Positions 1 to 14,114 of a stretch of DNA of 64,000 nucleotides are shown in pieces. The stretch spans positions 3,286,001-3,350,000 of the forward strand of contig JBHGNT010000011.1 in the NCBI GenBank assembly GCA_043228905.1, written 5' to 3'. The stretch is from Azolla caroliniana (taxonomy: Eukaryota > Plantae > Polypodiophyta). The first letter of the stretch is position 1. The number at the start of each line of letters is the position of its first letter. The translations under genes and the position numbers were made by a program. The notes under the pieces were generated by a model, which saw only the letters and a list, made by a program, of their open reading frames with translations, did no database searches and was not told the DNA's origin.

Positions 1-230
1 ATGGCACCATAAAATTTTCTCTAATGTGACCAAAAGTGAAACGGTTTGCTCCTACATGAGATCCTGGTCACCCTTTGTGGCAGCCGAGAGCAGGAACAGG
101 AGCTGAATTCTCAACCCACAGCTTAGAGGGCAAGGGCTAGAAACTTTAAGTAAAAACTAAAACTTACAATTAAGTACATTTTTATGCTATGTGAAACTAC
201 AATCAACCAAAACACTTATTTTATAAATCA

Positions 231-422
<192 letters not shown>

Positions 423-490
423 TCAAAACAAAATTCAGTAAATATGTGTTGCACATTTGTAATTGATTAAATGCAAAATATCAAATCTAC

Positions 491-583
491 CAGTAGATAC
501 ATCGTTGGCAACAAGATCTGCTGATGTATTTGAGTATGACCATCCCACTCCAGCCGGTGAATCAAGATATAGTATATTTGAGA
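491..583 (-). CDS. SCPL: SCPL exon 3
   Basis: AG/GT bounded and in frame: VSNILYLDSPAGVGWSYSNTSADLVANDVST. Confidence 0.95.
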
Positions 584-677
584 CTACAAACCCAATTGTA
601 ACAGATTCAGCACTTCGAGTAGTAAGTTATTACTAGTAAGGAAACATAACCTAGAATATTGAGGATATAGAAGAAAC

Positions 678-785
678 CTTTGTTCCATGAGAAAGTGTTC
701 TCTATCAGCGTGCCAGTTTCTAAGGTTACACGGAATGGACCATTCTCTGTAAATGCTCCATTCCCAATAGAAGAGCACCCAGGAC
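678..785 (-). CDS. SCPL: SCPL exon 2
   Basis: AG acceptor 787-786, GT donor 677-676. Splices in frame to exon 1 to give [38 protein letters not shown]. Confidence 0.95.
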
Positions 786-1061
786 CTATTTGAAAATCAA
801 AACCAACAAGGAGTTGAAGAGTTCTATAAAAGGAAAATCACCATTGAAGAATGATTCAGTTCCATTCAGTGATAGGCATACAATGAGATCTCCAACAATC
901 GCTCAATATTATGTGCTGATAAATGAATCTCCAGAAGAAAATCATAGGAGGCATTAAGTGCAGAAATGTTAGAGATCTATCCCTCTGCTCCTAGGATATG
1001 GGACAACAAGAAGCATAGCTCTCCATCAAATTTCTTCAACCACAATTTTACACAATGGTAT

Positions 1062-4000
1062 TGTAAACGATTACTTGTGGAAGCATTAGAAAACAGAGAA
1101 AGTAGAGAATACACAGAGTACACGGGAGAGACAGAGAGAGCAGAACGTAAAAGCTATATTCAAAACAATATAATCACTCTGTCACCTACAACTATGCTCA
1201 GTAGCACTATTTATACAAGTCCTCATGGGACTGACAAAAGTACCATGTACTTCAATGCTCACACGAGCTTTTGCCACTTACTACGAGACTATATTTGCCT
1301 AGTAGTCTAAACTAATACTAGGCTTCCGGTTACCGATTGGATCCGGCTAGCCGGCTCCCCAACTCACCGGCTCTGTTGCTTGCCGGCTCGGTTGCTCACG
1401 GCTTACCGATCTTCTCGCTTGCCAACTAAAGCCTATTCAGCCGATCCGGCTCTAGTTGAGCTTGCCGCTCAACACTCCCCCTCAAGCTCAACTTGAGGTT
1501 GGATCCTAGTGTCAGTCTCTGTGGCAGTCGGTTCTTCCAACCGACTTCTCTTGGCGTCGCTCCGCCTTGCTCGCGCTCCTCGTCCGGTCCGGTTCTGTTT
1601 GCCACGACCCCTCTTGTTCTGCGCGCCTCGACCTTCTCGGTCGGTATGTCTGCTCAGTAAGCCCCTCTCAGTTCCTTCGCTGCTATGACTCCGGCGCTTA
1701 TCGATCCGTCGGTTCCTTCGCGATGGCATCGACTTCCGCTGCATCCGTGTCTGCTTGGCCTTGAATTGATCCGGTTCTTCCGAATCTGTCTTTTGAACCG
1801 AATTGACTGTCTCCGATTCGTTCCAGCTCTTGTCCGAATCGGTTGCTCCCGATTTGTCTTCTGGTTCCAAGCCCTTCACCACATCGGACCATGTCCGGGT
1901 CTTGGCCTTCTTCCTTCGGTCAGCTCTGTCCTTCTTGACTCTGCCGCCTTCTGTTCTTCCCTCACTGGCGCAATCGGCAATCTCTTTGCCTTTGCCCGTT
2001 CTGGTGTCTTTGCCCGTTCTCACCCTCAAGTGTGGCACGTCGAGATGCTGAACACCAAGCATTTCGGTGAAGTGCTGCAACTTGTCCAATCCGAGTGGTT
2101 TGGTGAAGATGTCGGCAACTTGCCGATCCGTGTGAACATACCGAAGTTCAACCTCACCACTCAGGACACGCTCACGCACAAAGTGATAGTGCACTTCTAT
2201 GTGTTTTGTGCGAGCATGGAATACGGGGTTCTTGGCAAGTTGTATGCTGCTTATGTTGTCGCAGTAGACCAGAATCGGGGTCGGTACCTCGATCCGTAGG
2301 TCTTGCAGCAGTCGCCGAAGCCAAATGGCTTCACAGATGGCAATGGTAGTGCCCCGATACTCAGCCTCAGTGCTCGACAGAGCAACTGTTGGCTGCTTTT
2401 TGCTGCTCCACGCAACAGCCGCGCTACCTAGGGAAAACATGTAACCGGAGGTTGATCGGCGATCTGATGCATCGCCGGCCCAGTCGGCATCTATGTAACC
2501 GACCAGCTCTTCGGGTATACCGCGCCGGTATAACAATCCCCGGTCCTTCGTGCCGCTTACATATCACAGTATCCGCTGCGCGCACTGAAGGTGCTCCACG
2601 GTCGGCTTTTGCATGAACTCACTTATCATTCCGACCGGATAGCTAATGTCGGGTCGCGTGATAGTCAAGTAAATAAGGCTTCCGACAATTTGTCGGAACC
2701 GTTGCTCGTTGCAGGCCGGTCCAGAGTTGGGACAAAGCTTCTGGTTCCGGTCCAAGGGTGTGGAGACAGGTCGGCATTCTGTCATGCCGAACTTGTACAG
2801 CATATTCAAGACGTAATGTCGTTGTGAGAGCAATATGCCGTCCGGGGTTCGGATCACCTCGATCCTTAGAAAATAATGAAGGTCCCCCAGATCCTTCATC
2901 TCGAATGCGTCCGACAACTGGGACTTGACGCGATTGATTTCTGGAACATCCAGTCCGGTGATGACTAGATCATCAACATATAGCAGTATACATACCGGAC
3001 CGGTTGAGCCTTGCCGGATGAACAATGAAGAGTCTGATTTGGAGGCCACAAACCCCATCTTACGCAACCGGTGCGTGATCTTCGCATTCCAAGCTCAAGG
3101 GGCTTGTTTCAGGCTGTACAACGACTTCTTCAGCCGGCATACCGCCGACTTGTTCATCTCCGATTGAAAACCGGGAGGCTGAGTCATAAAGATTTCTTCT
3201 TCAAGATCACCTTGAAGAAATGCATTCTTCACATCCATCTGATGAAGATGCCACCGCCTTGCCGCAGCAACCGCCAGCACCACTTGAACCGTCGTCATCT
3301 TCGCTACAGGAGCGAAGGTCTCGTCGTAGTCGATTCCGTGGGTCTGCGCATATCCCTTCGCCACTAACCGGGCCTTGTACCGGTTAACTGAACCGTTGGC
3401 GTTGTACTTTACTTTGTACACCCACTTGCATCCGATCGGTTTAGAGTGACGAGGAGGGTCAACCAGGTCCCATGTCTCGTTGGCAGCGAGTGCTTGTATT
3501 TCTTTGTTCATAGTGGCACGCCAATTTGCGTCCTTTGCCGCTTCTGCGTAGCTCCCTGGCTCATGCACTTCCGCCACCTTAGTCATGTACGCGTAGTGAT
3601 GCGCCATGTACTCATTGTACCCGTACCGTTTGACGGGATCCTTCTGGCGGGTAGACCGGCGTAACTCACCGTTACCTGATTTGAGGCCCTTCTTGGCCGG
3701 ATTGGTCTTCGTTGCCGAAGATCCGCCATTCTGCTTGCCGGAGTCGGACGCACACCGATCCGACTCATCGTTTCCGGTTTCGAATTCCGGCATCTTCTTC
3801 TTCCCCTTCTCTTTGCGCGTGAACCGTCTCCTCAGTTCCTTGCGCGGGGAGTGCACGGCAGAGTCTCCACTACTCGCCAGTTCCTCATTGGACTGGTCAG
3901 ATTGACTCAGTCTCTCGTTCGGCCCACTCAACCGAAACAATTCCGGACTCTCATCCTGAGTCTACGCTTCATCATCATCTACCTGGGCCGGTTTAGGCGC

Positions 4001-7000
4001 ACTAGCCTCATCCTCCGGCATCGGGTTGGATTCGGAAGTCGGAGCCGGTAAGGAGTACCACGATGCCGATTCATCGAACTCGACATCTCGACTAACTCGG
4101 ACCTGCTTTGTCCGGGGGTTATAACAGTTATAACCCTTTTGCTCTTGAGCATAGCCAACTAGGATGCAGTTTTCCGATTTTGCATCCAGCTTCCTCCGCT
4201 TCTCATCCGGTATATGCACATATGCAATGCTACCGAAGATCTTAAGGTGTCTCAAATTCGGCTTCCGCTCGAAATACAGCTCGCGAGCTGACACCTTGTC
4301 ACCGATCCGGTTCTGGATGTAGATAGCCGTTTGGACTGCCTCACCCAGTAGAATTTGGGCATGCTCTTCTCCTCCAGCATTGCCCTTGCTGCATCAATAA
4401 GCGACCGGTTCTTCCTCTCGGCAACACCGTTCTGTTGCGGTGTGTATCTGCAGCTGAACTCTCGCCGAATTCCCGTTTGTTGTAGATAACTGTTGAATTG
4501 GCCGGAAAAGTATTCTTTCCCGCCATCCAACCGCAGGCATTTGATCTTCCTCTCCGATTCCCGTTCCACCATGCTTTGGAGACTCCGGAAACACTCAAAG
4601 ACTTCACTCTTCCGCTCAATGAGGTAGATCCATGTGTGCCGCGTATAGTCGTCGATGAAGGAGCCGAAATATTGACTCCCGCCAAGACTAACATTCTGTG
4701 CCGGTCCCCACACATCCGAATGGATTAGGTCGAGCTTGTTACGGCTCCGGTTACGTTCGGTAGGGAATGGAAGCCGGTGTTGCTTCCCGAGTTGGCAGGC
4801 TCCACATACTTGGGCCTTCCGGCCACTAAACTTCGGCAAACCGAAAACAACTTGTTTCGTTTGCAGGTTGATGTCCAGTAATTGACGTGGCCTATCCGCT
4901 TGTGCCACAGGTCGATGTCCGATTCGACCTTCTGTCCTTTTGCAAACAGAGCAGTGCCAATGTCATTGGTGTCGAGGATAAACATCCTCCCGTCTCTGCG
5001 CCCTTGCGCAATAATCTGGCCCTCTTCCTCGATGAAGCACCCAAGGTGCGTAAACCACACCTGCATCCCCTGGTCGACGATCTATCCGACCAACACCAGG
5101 TTCTTCGTGATTGTCGGAACGTGTAATATGTTCATCAGCTTCCCCTTCTGTCCGACGTGGCTCAAAGGGACTTCTCCGACGTGCACGATTGGGTGAGGAG
5201 TGTCGTCTCCGGTTTCGACTACTCCTGGTTGATTCGGTTTCTCCAAAAAGGAGAACCACTCTTTGTGGCTCGTCATGTGGATCGACGCACCAGAATCAAC
5301 ATACCACACTTCCTCCAATTTGGAAGTGGTCTTCTTCATCGAGTTCGCCTCGTGCTTCATCACCAAGGCTGGCCCGTTACCGTTCTTGGATCCTCCCGAT
5401 CCCTTTGCGTAGTGCGAGCTTTGCCGGCCTTGCCGGATCCGGATTTGTCCGAATCGGCACGCTTTCTCCAGCACTCGCTTTCTCTGTGGCCCTTCTTGCC
5501 ACACTACCAGCATTCCGTTGCAGATTTGTCTTGCCGGCCTCCGGCACCACCATGACTCCCCCTGCCCGTGGAAGTCCCAGAACTGCTGTCGGCACGTTCT
5601 TTGTGCCTTCGTTCTTGCTCTTGCCGGCCGCCTCCATTGCGTGCCGACCCGCCTCGTCCACCACGCCCATGGGACTGATCCGCCTCCATGTACAACATCC
5701 GACTGTCAATGGGTGCGCTAGTTGACACACCGGCGTGGTTCTCCTCTACAAGGAGCATCGATTGTAAGTCGAAAAATGACAGCGTATTCTCCCTTGTACA
5801 CACCGCCGTTCGGAACGCTCTGAACTTAGACGTCAAGCCCCCAAGCCAGACCTGTACCATCTCGTCTTCCTCTACGGTAACATTGATAGAGGCAAGCGAG
5901 TCACAGATCTCTTTGATCCGGGCCGTGTAATCCGCCACCAACATGTCCTTCTGTCGGACATTGCTCAACTCCTGTCAGAGTTGCAGCTTCCGGGTTGTAG
6001 TGCTCGCGACGAAAACCTTCTTCAGGTTCCCCCAAGCCTCCTTCGGCGTATTGGTGTCTCGGCTGTGGCTCAGCGTATTCTCCCTTGTACACACCGCCGT
6101 TCGGAACGCTCTGAACTTAGACGTCAGGCCCCCAAGCCAGACCTGTACCATCTCGTCTTCCTCTATGGTAACATTGATAGAGGCAAGCGAGTCACAGATC
6201 TCTTTGATCCGGGCCGTGTAATCCGCCACCAACATGTCCTTCTGTCGGACATTGCTCAACTCCTGTCGGAGTTGCAGCTTCCGGGTTGTAGTGCTCGCGA
6301 CGAAAACCTTCTTCAGGTTCCCCCAAGCCTCCTTCGGCGTATTGGTGTCTCGGCTGTGGCTCAGGAACTGGTCTCCGACACTGGACGCGAAGCAGTATAT
6401 CACTCTGCTTGCCAATTGTTCCCACACTGGGAAGTCCTTATGTGCCGCATCAGGTGCTATTTCGTTGGCTCCTTCGACGAAACTTCAATAGCCATGCCCA
6501 AGCAGGTACTGGTGCATCTTATACGACCAAGATGCATAGTTGGATCTGTCGAGTTTCTCCACAGGGAGCGAGCTAGCCATCCCTCTATCCATCACTTCTC
6601 TGTCTACTGTTCTTACGACTTGTTAGGGTTTGCTTTCAAGCGTTTGTCGGCTGAAGAGGTTCTCAAACCTTGCGCTCTAATACCATGTAAACGATTACTT
6701 GCGAAAGCGTTAGAAAACAGAGAAAGTAGAGAATACACAAAGTACACGGGAGAGACAGAGAGAGCAGAACGTAAAAGCTATATTCAAAACAATATAATCA
6801 CTTTGTCACCTACAACTGTGCTCAGTAGCACTATTTATACAAGTCCTCATGGGACTGACAAAAGTACTGCGTACTTCAATGCTCACACGAGCTTCTGACA
6901 CTTACTACGAGACTATAATTGCCTAGTAGTCTAAACTAATACTAGGCTTTCGGTTACCGATTGGATCCAACTAACCGGCTCCCCAGCTCACCGGCTCTGT

Positions 7001-7099
7001 TGCTTGCCAGCTCGGTTGCTCACAGCTTACCGATCTGTCTCACTTGCCGGCTCAGGCCTATTCAGCCGATCCGGCTCCAGTTGAGCTTGCCGCTCAACA
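1062..7099 (-). mobile_element. Element A: full-length Ty1/Copia LTR retrotransposon in SCPL intron 1 (degenerate)
   Basis: TG...CA LTRs at 1062-1474 and 6686-7099 (about 25 substitutions and 1 indel by eye, ~94% identical). Perfect TSD GGTAT (1057-1061/7100-7104). PBS TGGTATTAGAGC next to 6686; PPT 1475-1486. Domain order gag, CCHC, protease (YVDSGAS), integrase, RT (LLYVDDL), RNase H (DADWAG), broken by stops and frameshifts. Confidence 0.97.
5780..6361. repeat. 291-bp tandem duplication inside gag of element A
   Basis: 5780-6070 is repeated at 6071-6361 almost identically, with CAG at the junctions. Confidence 0.93.
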
Positions 7100-8401
7100 G
7101 GTATTCAAAGCATTCCACATACTAATACATTGAAAAAGATAGTGAAAGATACAACATATCAGGCCCCATTGATCCATGTTCAAGAAATCAAACTGGAAGA
7201 CATTGTCAACAAAGGAAAATTTATCGAAACAAAAACTTGTACATAAAAATGAGATCAATGCACACAAAAAATGTATCAGTTTTGAAAAATGATCATATCC
7301 TCTATGCTCATAAGAGTTGAAAAAAAGATGTATTCTCTTAAATCCTTCTGGATTACTTTTCTGAGAACGTCTCATCTAAGTTCTACAGTCACAAAAGCTT
7401 CTCTTTGGTGTTGGAGACGCCATAAGTTGAAAGCAATATATTGATATCTATTGAGCTCTTTTTGATGCTACCTTGTGGAAAATGTGGAAGTCCTTATTTT
7501 TTAAGATGTAGAGGTTCAGGAAGAAAACGTCAGTTAGAGACTTCCATGTGAATTTGATGTACTTTTTTAGCCCTGAGGCATAGGAGTCTAGGAAAAGCGT
7601 AAGGACTTTCCTTTATCCAAGCCAAAAAAAGGGGGCATTGTTGATGTATTGTTCATCTATGGAGAAATAACCTTGTATCATGCATTTTTGGGCAATACGA
7701 TCTTCCAGGGTGGAGATGCTTGGGATTCCACATCAAAGGTCGGAGTGCGGAAATACCATCATTGGTGAAGTTTTGTTGCAAAACAATGGTAGACTTGTAT
7801 AAGGTGATGTGTTTTAGAGGGGTCCTAAAGTTAAGAGCTTCTTTTCATTGTAGTTCAAGGAATGAGAGGAGAGATTGTGAATTGCCATGTTGGTAACACC
7901 ACATTCTAATTCTTTAATGGTTTTCCTTGAGAGTAAAAGAGCATATTCTTTGGGGTCAAATCTTTTCCTTTTCGCTTCACGGAATTGTTATTCTGGAAAT
8001 GTTGGTTCGGTCATGAAGTTGAAGAATAGGCAGTTAAGGGGTAGGCATCAATTTCCCTCCATCCTTCATTTGCTATGAACCATGCTCATTTTTGGACTAG
8101 TCCTTGGATTGTTGCAGTCATAGATTGACACATGCGTGATATTCGCCATTTGTGATATTGAGGATATTTGAGAATAGGAAATGGCCCCAAGAATATTATA
8201 AAACTGTTCGTTTTGAAAAATAAATTTACATAATAAAATATAATTAATTCACTAAAAAAAGAGCAATCACTCATTAATAGAAATATGAAAGGTCTTCAAA
8301 ATCACACCAACATAAGTAAAGTTTTAATTAAAGAGTTTATGAACCATTATATTCTAATTTCTAACTTCTAACTTCTAAGTAACGCTTCTAAATTTAAGAG
8401 T

Positions 8402-10360
8402 CTATGCATTATCATATTCATCATCCATATCTTCAAGCTCATGAATAATATCCTCATGAACTTCATTTTCATCAATAGCTTGGTTTTGCATTCTCAAAAG
8501 CCTCTCATCATCTTCTTCTTTGTTGATCATATCTAATGTTACTTCAATTAGGCATAATCCCCTTTCCTCTATTCTTCTAATGAGACAATGATTTATATGT
8601 ATATAAAATAATTTCTCAACATGAGCATGAGTCAATCTATGTCTTCTTTTTGTATGTATCAATGAGAATGTACTCCAATTTCTTTCACAAGAAGATGCAC
8701 ATGAACCTTGAGAAAGCACAGGAATTGCAAGTCTTTTTAAGTTTGGGGTGCATGCTCCAAATGTTTTCCACCACTTAATTGCATTATGCATTCTAGTTAG
8801 ATCTTTTGCCATAGGAACGTGAAATGTACTTTTTTGAGTTCTATATCTATAAGCATAGAATTCATCCAATAAAACACCACATGGAGATGTACATCACCAT
8901 TAGTATAACGCATAATAGTTTCCATCCAACTTGTATTGACCTTGTCATCAATATTTTGAATTTTCTCTCTCCAACTTGGTTGCAAAATAAAGCCAGTTGC
9001 ATGCAATGGTGACTGTAGCATTGTCCATCTTTGCATCCATATTCCTCTAATTTCATCAAGCATTATATGATCTACATCTTCAATGTGGTTTATTTCTTCT
9101 ATCATACAATGAGTACATTCATAATTTAAACCCATGGTTGCACCTTCTCTATCCGCCAATCTAAGAACTTTTAGGATTGGCTTGCATATCTTTACTATCT
9201 TCTTTATATTTGCCCAAAAAGAAACATCAAGTATAATTGAAACTATTTCTTCTCCTTGTGTTTCTGATCCTTTTCATTGGATCTACATCTTCAATGTGGT
9301 TTATTTCTTCTATCATACAATGAGTACATTCATAATTTAAACCCATGGTTGCACCTTCTCTATCCGCCAATCTAAGAACTTTTAGGATTGGCTTGCATAT
9401 CTTTACTATCTTCTTTATATTTGCCCAAAAAGAAACATCAAGTATAATTGAAACTATTTCTTCTCCTTGTGTTTCTGATCCTTTTCATTGACACAATTGT
9501 TCACTAACCACCATTCTTCTTAATCCACCTTTGACTCTATCATCCAATAAGTTTAAAAACATGGTAAAACCATAGGCAAACCTAGTAGTGGAAGGCTTTA
9601 AACAAATCTCTCTCACTAAACTTATGAAACATGGCCAAAGAATATTGTTTTCGTGTTACAAACACGAATATCTTTGTAGCTAATTTCAAAACATCATGAA
9701 CCCAAGCACATTTTCCAATATCTTCAAACAACAAATCACGGCAATGACATGTGCATCTAGTAACTCTCTCTATCATCCTCCCAACTGCCACACAATTTGT
9801 TGCATTGTCCATACAAACTTGCACAACATTTGATGGGCCAATATCAAGAATAACATCCTTTAAAATCTTAAAGATATACTCTCTTGATTTACATTCTCCA
9901 CTAGTGTCAACTGATTTCAGAAACACGGTGCCATATGCAGAAGTAGCCATGACATTAATTATAGGTCTATTCTTGGTATCTGACCAACCATCACTGACAG
10001 TAGTACATCCAACAGTTTCCCATTTTTCTCTAATTTGCATAATCTCATTTTCAACATATTTCACCTCTTCATTCAAGTGCCTTCTAAATAATTGATTAGG
10101 AGATGGTGGCTTATAAGAAGGCCCAGCAAGTGCTACGGCTTCTATTAGGTCATGAAAATATGCACTTCCCAATTTTACATCCGGTCTACAAAAAAAGACC
10201 CGATAGCTTCATCTGCATTTTTATCAAGTTGCTTTTGCCGTGACACTTTTAAGGATTCAGCATTGTCTACTTTCATCTTTTTACTTGTTGATGCATTAAC
10301 AAAAGATGATGATGTTGTTAATTTGTGGTGGATCACAAGCGATGAAACATTACACAACCC
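8402..10360 (-). mobile_element. Degenerate hAT-superfamily transposase (DUF659-type domain + C-terminal dimerisation domain)
   Basis: SDGWSDTKNRPIINVM...TVFLKSVD...VVQVCMDNA, and WWKTFG..TPNLKRLAIPVLSQ..CASSCERNWSTFSLIHTKRRHRL. Multiple frameshifts; no TIRs found. Confidence 0.9.
9069..9490. repeat. 211-bp tandem duplication inside the hAT relic
   Basis: 9069-9279 matches 9280-9490; no differences seen by eye. Confidence 0.92.
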
Positions 10361-10699
10361 ATGGAGGTTTTACATAGTAATCAATATTATACCATCTATG
10401 CAAGTCTTTTTAGCTCTTTAGTTCCTAAGGGTTTCTGGGGTCAATCCTAACTACCAACACAGCAAAGATTAATATATATTTGTCACTAGTATTGTCCCAA
10501 TCTCCGCTCTTAGAGTGGTCCAGGAAAACATTCCCATTAATGATTATCTCACCGAGATATAACAATATTTGATCATCACAAGTAAATGACGGGACATACC
10601 AACTCAATGACATCCAATGTGGGAAGGATAATGGCTTTTCTACACAATCATAATGATAATGTCGAAATTCAGAACGAACATCAGAAAGGACTAAATAGA

Positions 10700-11200
10700 G
10701 AAAACTACATTTGCATGCTTTGCCATAATCACGAGATTGGAGATGAGAACCATCTAGCATTCTAGTAGATGCCCACCAAGTTTACGGCATGTTTACAAAT
10801 GAATTTTAACCTTTTGGACCCAAAATGTTCATTAACCCTAAATAAAATCTAATTATGATTTTTTCTATTATTTGGACAAGATCTGCTATTTCCCAAAAGC
10901 AACATGAACAATTATGGCATGAAGAAATCATTGAAGATTGGATAAAGAAGAAATCATTGAGATGAGAAGAGAGACTTACTGAATTTCAGCCAAACCCTAA
11001 TTTTCAGGGAACAAGATGCAGGAGGAGGCGAGTATGTAGGCGAGTATGTAGGACTAGTCCAAAACTCGGCATGGTCCAAAGAAAACAGCAGAGAATGAAG
11101 GGACATTGATGCCCAACCCCTTAACAAATCACCTTCTACAAGGCTTACCATAGTTTTGCAAGACAGCTTCAACTATGATAGTATTTTTGAAATTGGAATG
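10700..11200 (-). mobile_element. Possible LINE (L1-type) ORF1 relic
   Basis: Minus-strand fragments LLRGWASMSLHSLLF...KIRVWLKF resemble the DUF4283 region, followed by a broken zinc knuckle C..CRKLGGHLLEC at about 10757-10800. Very degenerate. Confidence 0.35.
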
Positions 11201-13026
11201 AACCTTCCCTCCTTTTCAAATCCCTAATCCATAGTGGAATCCCCCTAAGGTTCACATCCCCCTCAAAAGAATCATCAAAATCAGTGAGCTCTTGCTTCTA
11301 GAAACCTTAGAAGCCACTTCTATGACGCCTCAAAGCCTAAAGGGTAAAACATTTGGAGTTAAATAATTTATTCTCTATTATGAATGACAACAGCACAAGG
11401 AACTTCAACACCTTCCTTCCCAAATGTTATATTGGTGAAACGCATGAAATGTAAATTCATACCTATTTGCATAAAAACTTTGGCCTAGTAATATTCATTC
11501 CTAAAACCCTTATTATTATCTTTGAAACTTAACATTATGGACGTATGTGACCCTCTAAATGGCTACGGTTATCATAAGAGTTTTCTTTAGTCAACTTAAA
11601 CATTCAGTTATTTAACCAATGGCCCCAATCTATTATTAGTAGCCGTCAGGCTAACCCCACTATTGTTGGTTCCACAGCTACCTCTATCTACTTACATGCA
11701 CAATTCCAACCAAATTTTAAAACTACATAACTGTCGGGTAGTTGAGCCCTTAGAAAAGGAGATACAACTAATTCTTGTAGCACAAAAAATTGGTGCTTCC
11801 ACTGAGCTCTCTTGCATATCGCATCTAGTTTGGAATTTGAACAACATGATTTCGCTAATACAACTTTGATGTATATACATTTTGTCTCTACTTCTATTTT
11901 CTTCTTATCATTTAAGACTCGTGTCATAAAGTTTTTATTGTTGGACTCATCATCCTTTGCATGTAGGAGTTTATTCTCTCTTTTCGATCATAAGCTTCCA
12001 TCCTTTGTAAAACATTGTTCCAACTCTCTTAGTGACCATCACTCAAATTTACTCGCCATTTCTTTCCTTTATATTTTCTTTCTCCAACTTCATTAGTGCA
12101 TGTCAAATACAAAGCATTAAATCCTAAAACTTGCAAATTCAGGATAGATACACATTCTTCAAAACTGAACGTGAAAGATATGAGAACATATCATTCCCTC
12201 ATTGAGCCATTTTCAAGGTATCGACGGACAATAAATATTTTAGAAAGAAAAACTTCAATAAACAAAAAACCTCGCCATCTTCTAAGAGATTACACAGAGG
12301 GAATTCTTGAAAAACAAAAAAATCCATCAGAGAGAAAACCTTGTCATCTTTGATCGATATAATCAAAATATGAAATTAAAAAGCAATTTCGGTAACAAAC
12401 AAATATCGAAAACTTTGATGGGCATAATCAAAATAATAACTCTTAAAAAATGGTTGTAAATGAGATGGTAACACATTATACATCCACTGAGCCACATTCG
12501 TAAGATCACAGTAGAAGAACTAAAAACTTTTAATCGTACACATTTGAAGTTTAGAAAAGCTAGAAACTTCACAGAATCAGAACCTACAAATACATCCCAA
12601 ATATACATGTAAAGCAGATAAAATGCCATACCTCGATTAAGTGGAAGTTATTTAAAACAAAAACTCAACGAAGCAATGGACTATAAGAATACATCCAAAA
12701 AGGATATGAACGAAACGGTAACATACCATAACATATCTTCATTGAGCCATCTTTGAGCAATGAAAATGGAGTAAAAAAAGGAAAACAAACTTCATCAAAG
12801 CAAAAACTTCATCCTCGTTGAAGAGATCAAACAATCCCCATAAAACAATTAAAACCTAGTTGAGTCATTTTCAGGAGATCAAAGAGAAATGAATGGAAAA
12901 GCATACTATTGTCATATTTAAAGACCGTCAATCAACAGCAGACACGAAAATGGTGGAATATTATCAAATTTGAGATATTTAATCAGAAGAGAATCCTAGC
13001 AGACGACCAAACCAACTTCCTCATCA

Positions 13027-13335
<309 letters not shown>

Positions 13336-13580
13336 TCACTCTGCTTAAGTCAATCAGAATCTTGTTAATCAAATGCTTCAGATTTGAAGGCAAAGCATAT
13401 TATTCCTACCACAAAGTGCTCAAACTTTTTTGATTATATACATATACATATATCATATATATGTATATGTATATATTGTGGTGTGCATAAATTCCTCCTC
13501 TGTGCCACACATTTAGCACACCCGTTTTAGGATGCACGTACCTAAGCCGAACCCACCCTTTTAGCACACCCTTTTTAGCT

Positions 13581-13760
13581 AAGCCAACCCAAATGGGTTC
13601 CGTTGTATCAACTATAAATTGATTAAGAAGTAAGAAGCTAAAGAGACTGGTTTTGATCTCTTATGTGCATAAGCCAACCCAAATGGGTTCCGTTGTATCA
13701 ACTATAAATTGATTAAGAAGTAAGAAGCTAAAGAGACTGGTTTTGATCTCTTATGTGCAT
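13581..13760. repeat. Perfect 90-bp tandem duplication in the SCPL upstream region
   Basis: 13581-13670 is identical to 13671-13760. Confidence 0.95.
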
Positions 13761-14034
13761 TTCACAATATATATATCGATCGATCATCGTGTACACATTT
13801 CGATTACATGATTCCTTATATGTACTTTTTGTATGAATCTTTGCAACTTAGACAGAAAAGAAAAGACTTGTATTCCATGTACATATATGTATGTAATGTA
13901 TGTATGTATGTATGTAAAGACATGACAAGGACATATGTAAAGAGTCATTTATTAGGATTAATGTAAAGGAAACTATAACAACTATATATATTTTCGGATT
14001 CATGTTCACGACACACCAATTCATGACTTTCTTA

Positions 14035-14077
14035 TGTGTAATGTGTACGTGTACGTGTACGTGTACGTGTACATGTA

Positions 14078-14114
<37 letters not shown>

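Noticed and set aside
966-1310. 114-aa ORF, with a similar peptide ending ORF 5981-6898
   Set aside because: Antisense reading through the two LTRs of element A; the similarity just reflects LTR identity.
7105-8400. Possible LINE ORF2 or other TE relic
   Set aside because: No recognisable motif could be read in any frame by eye.
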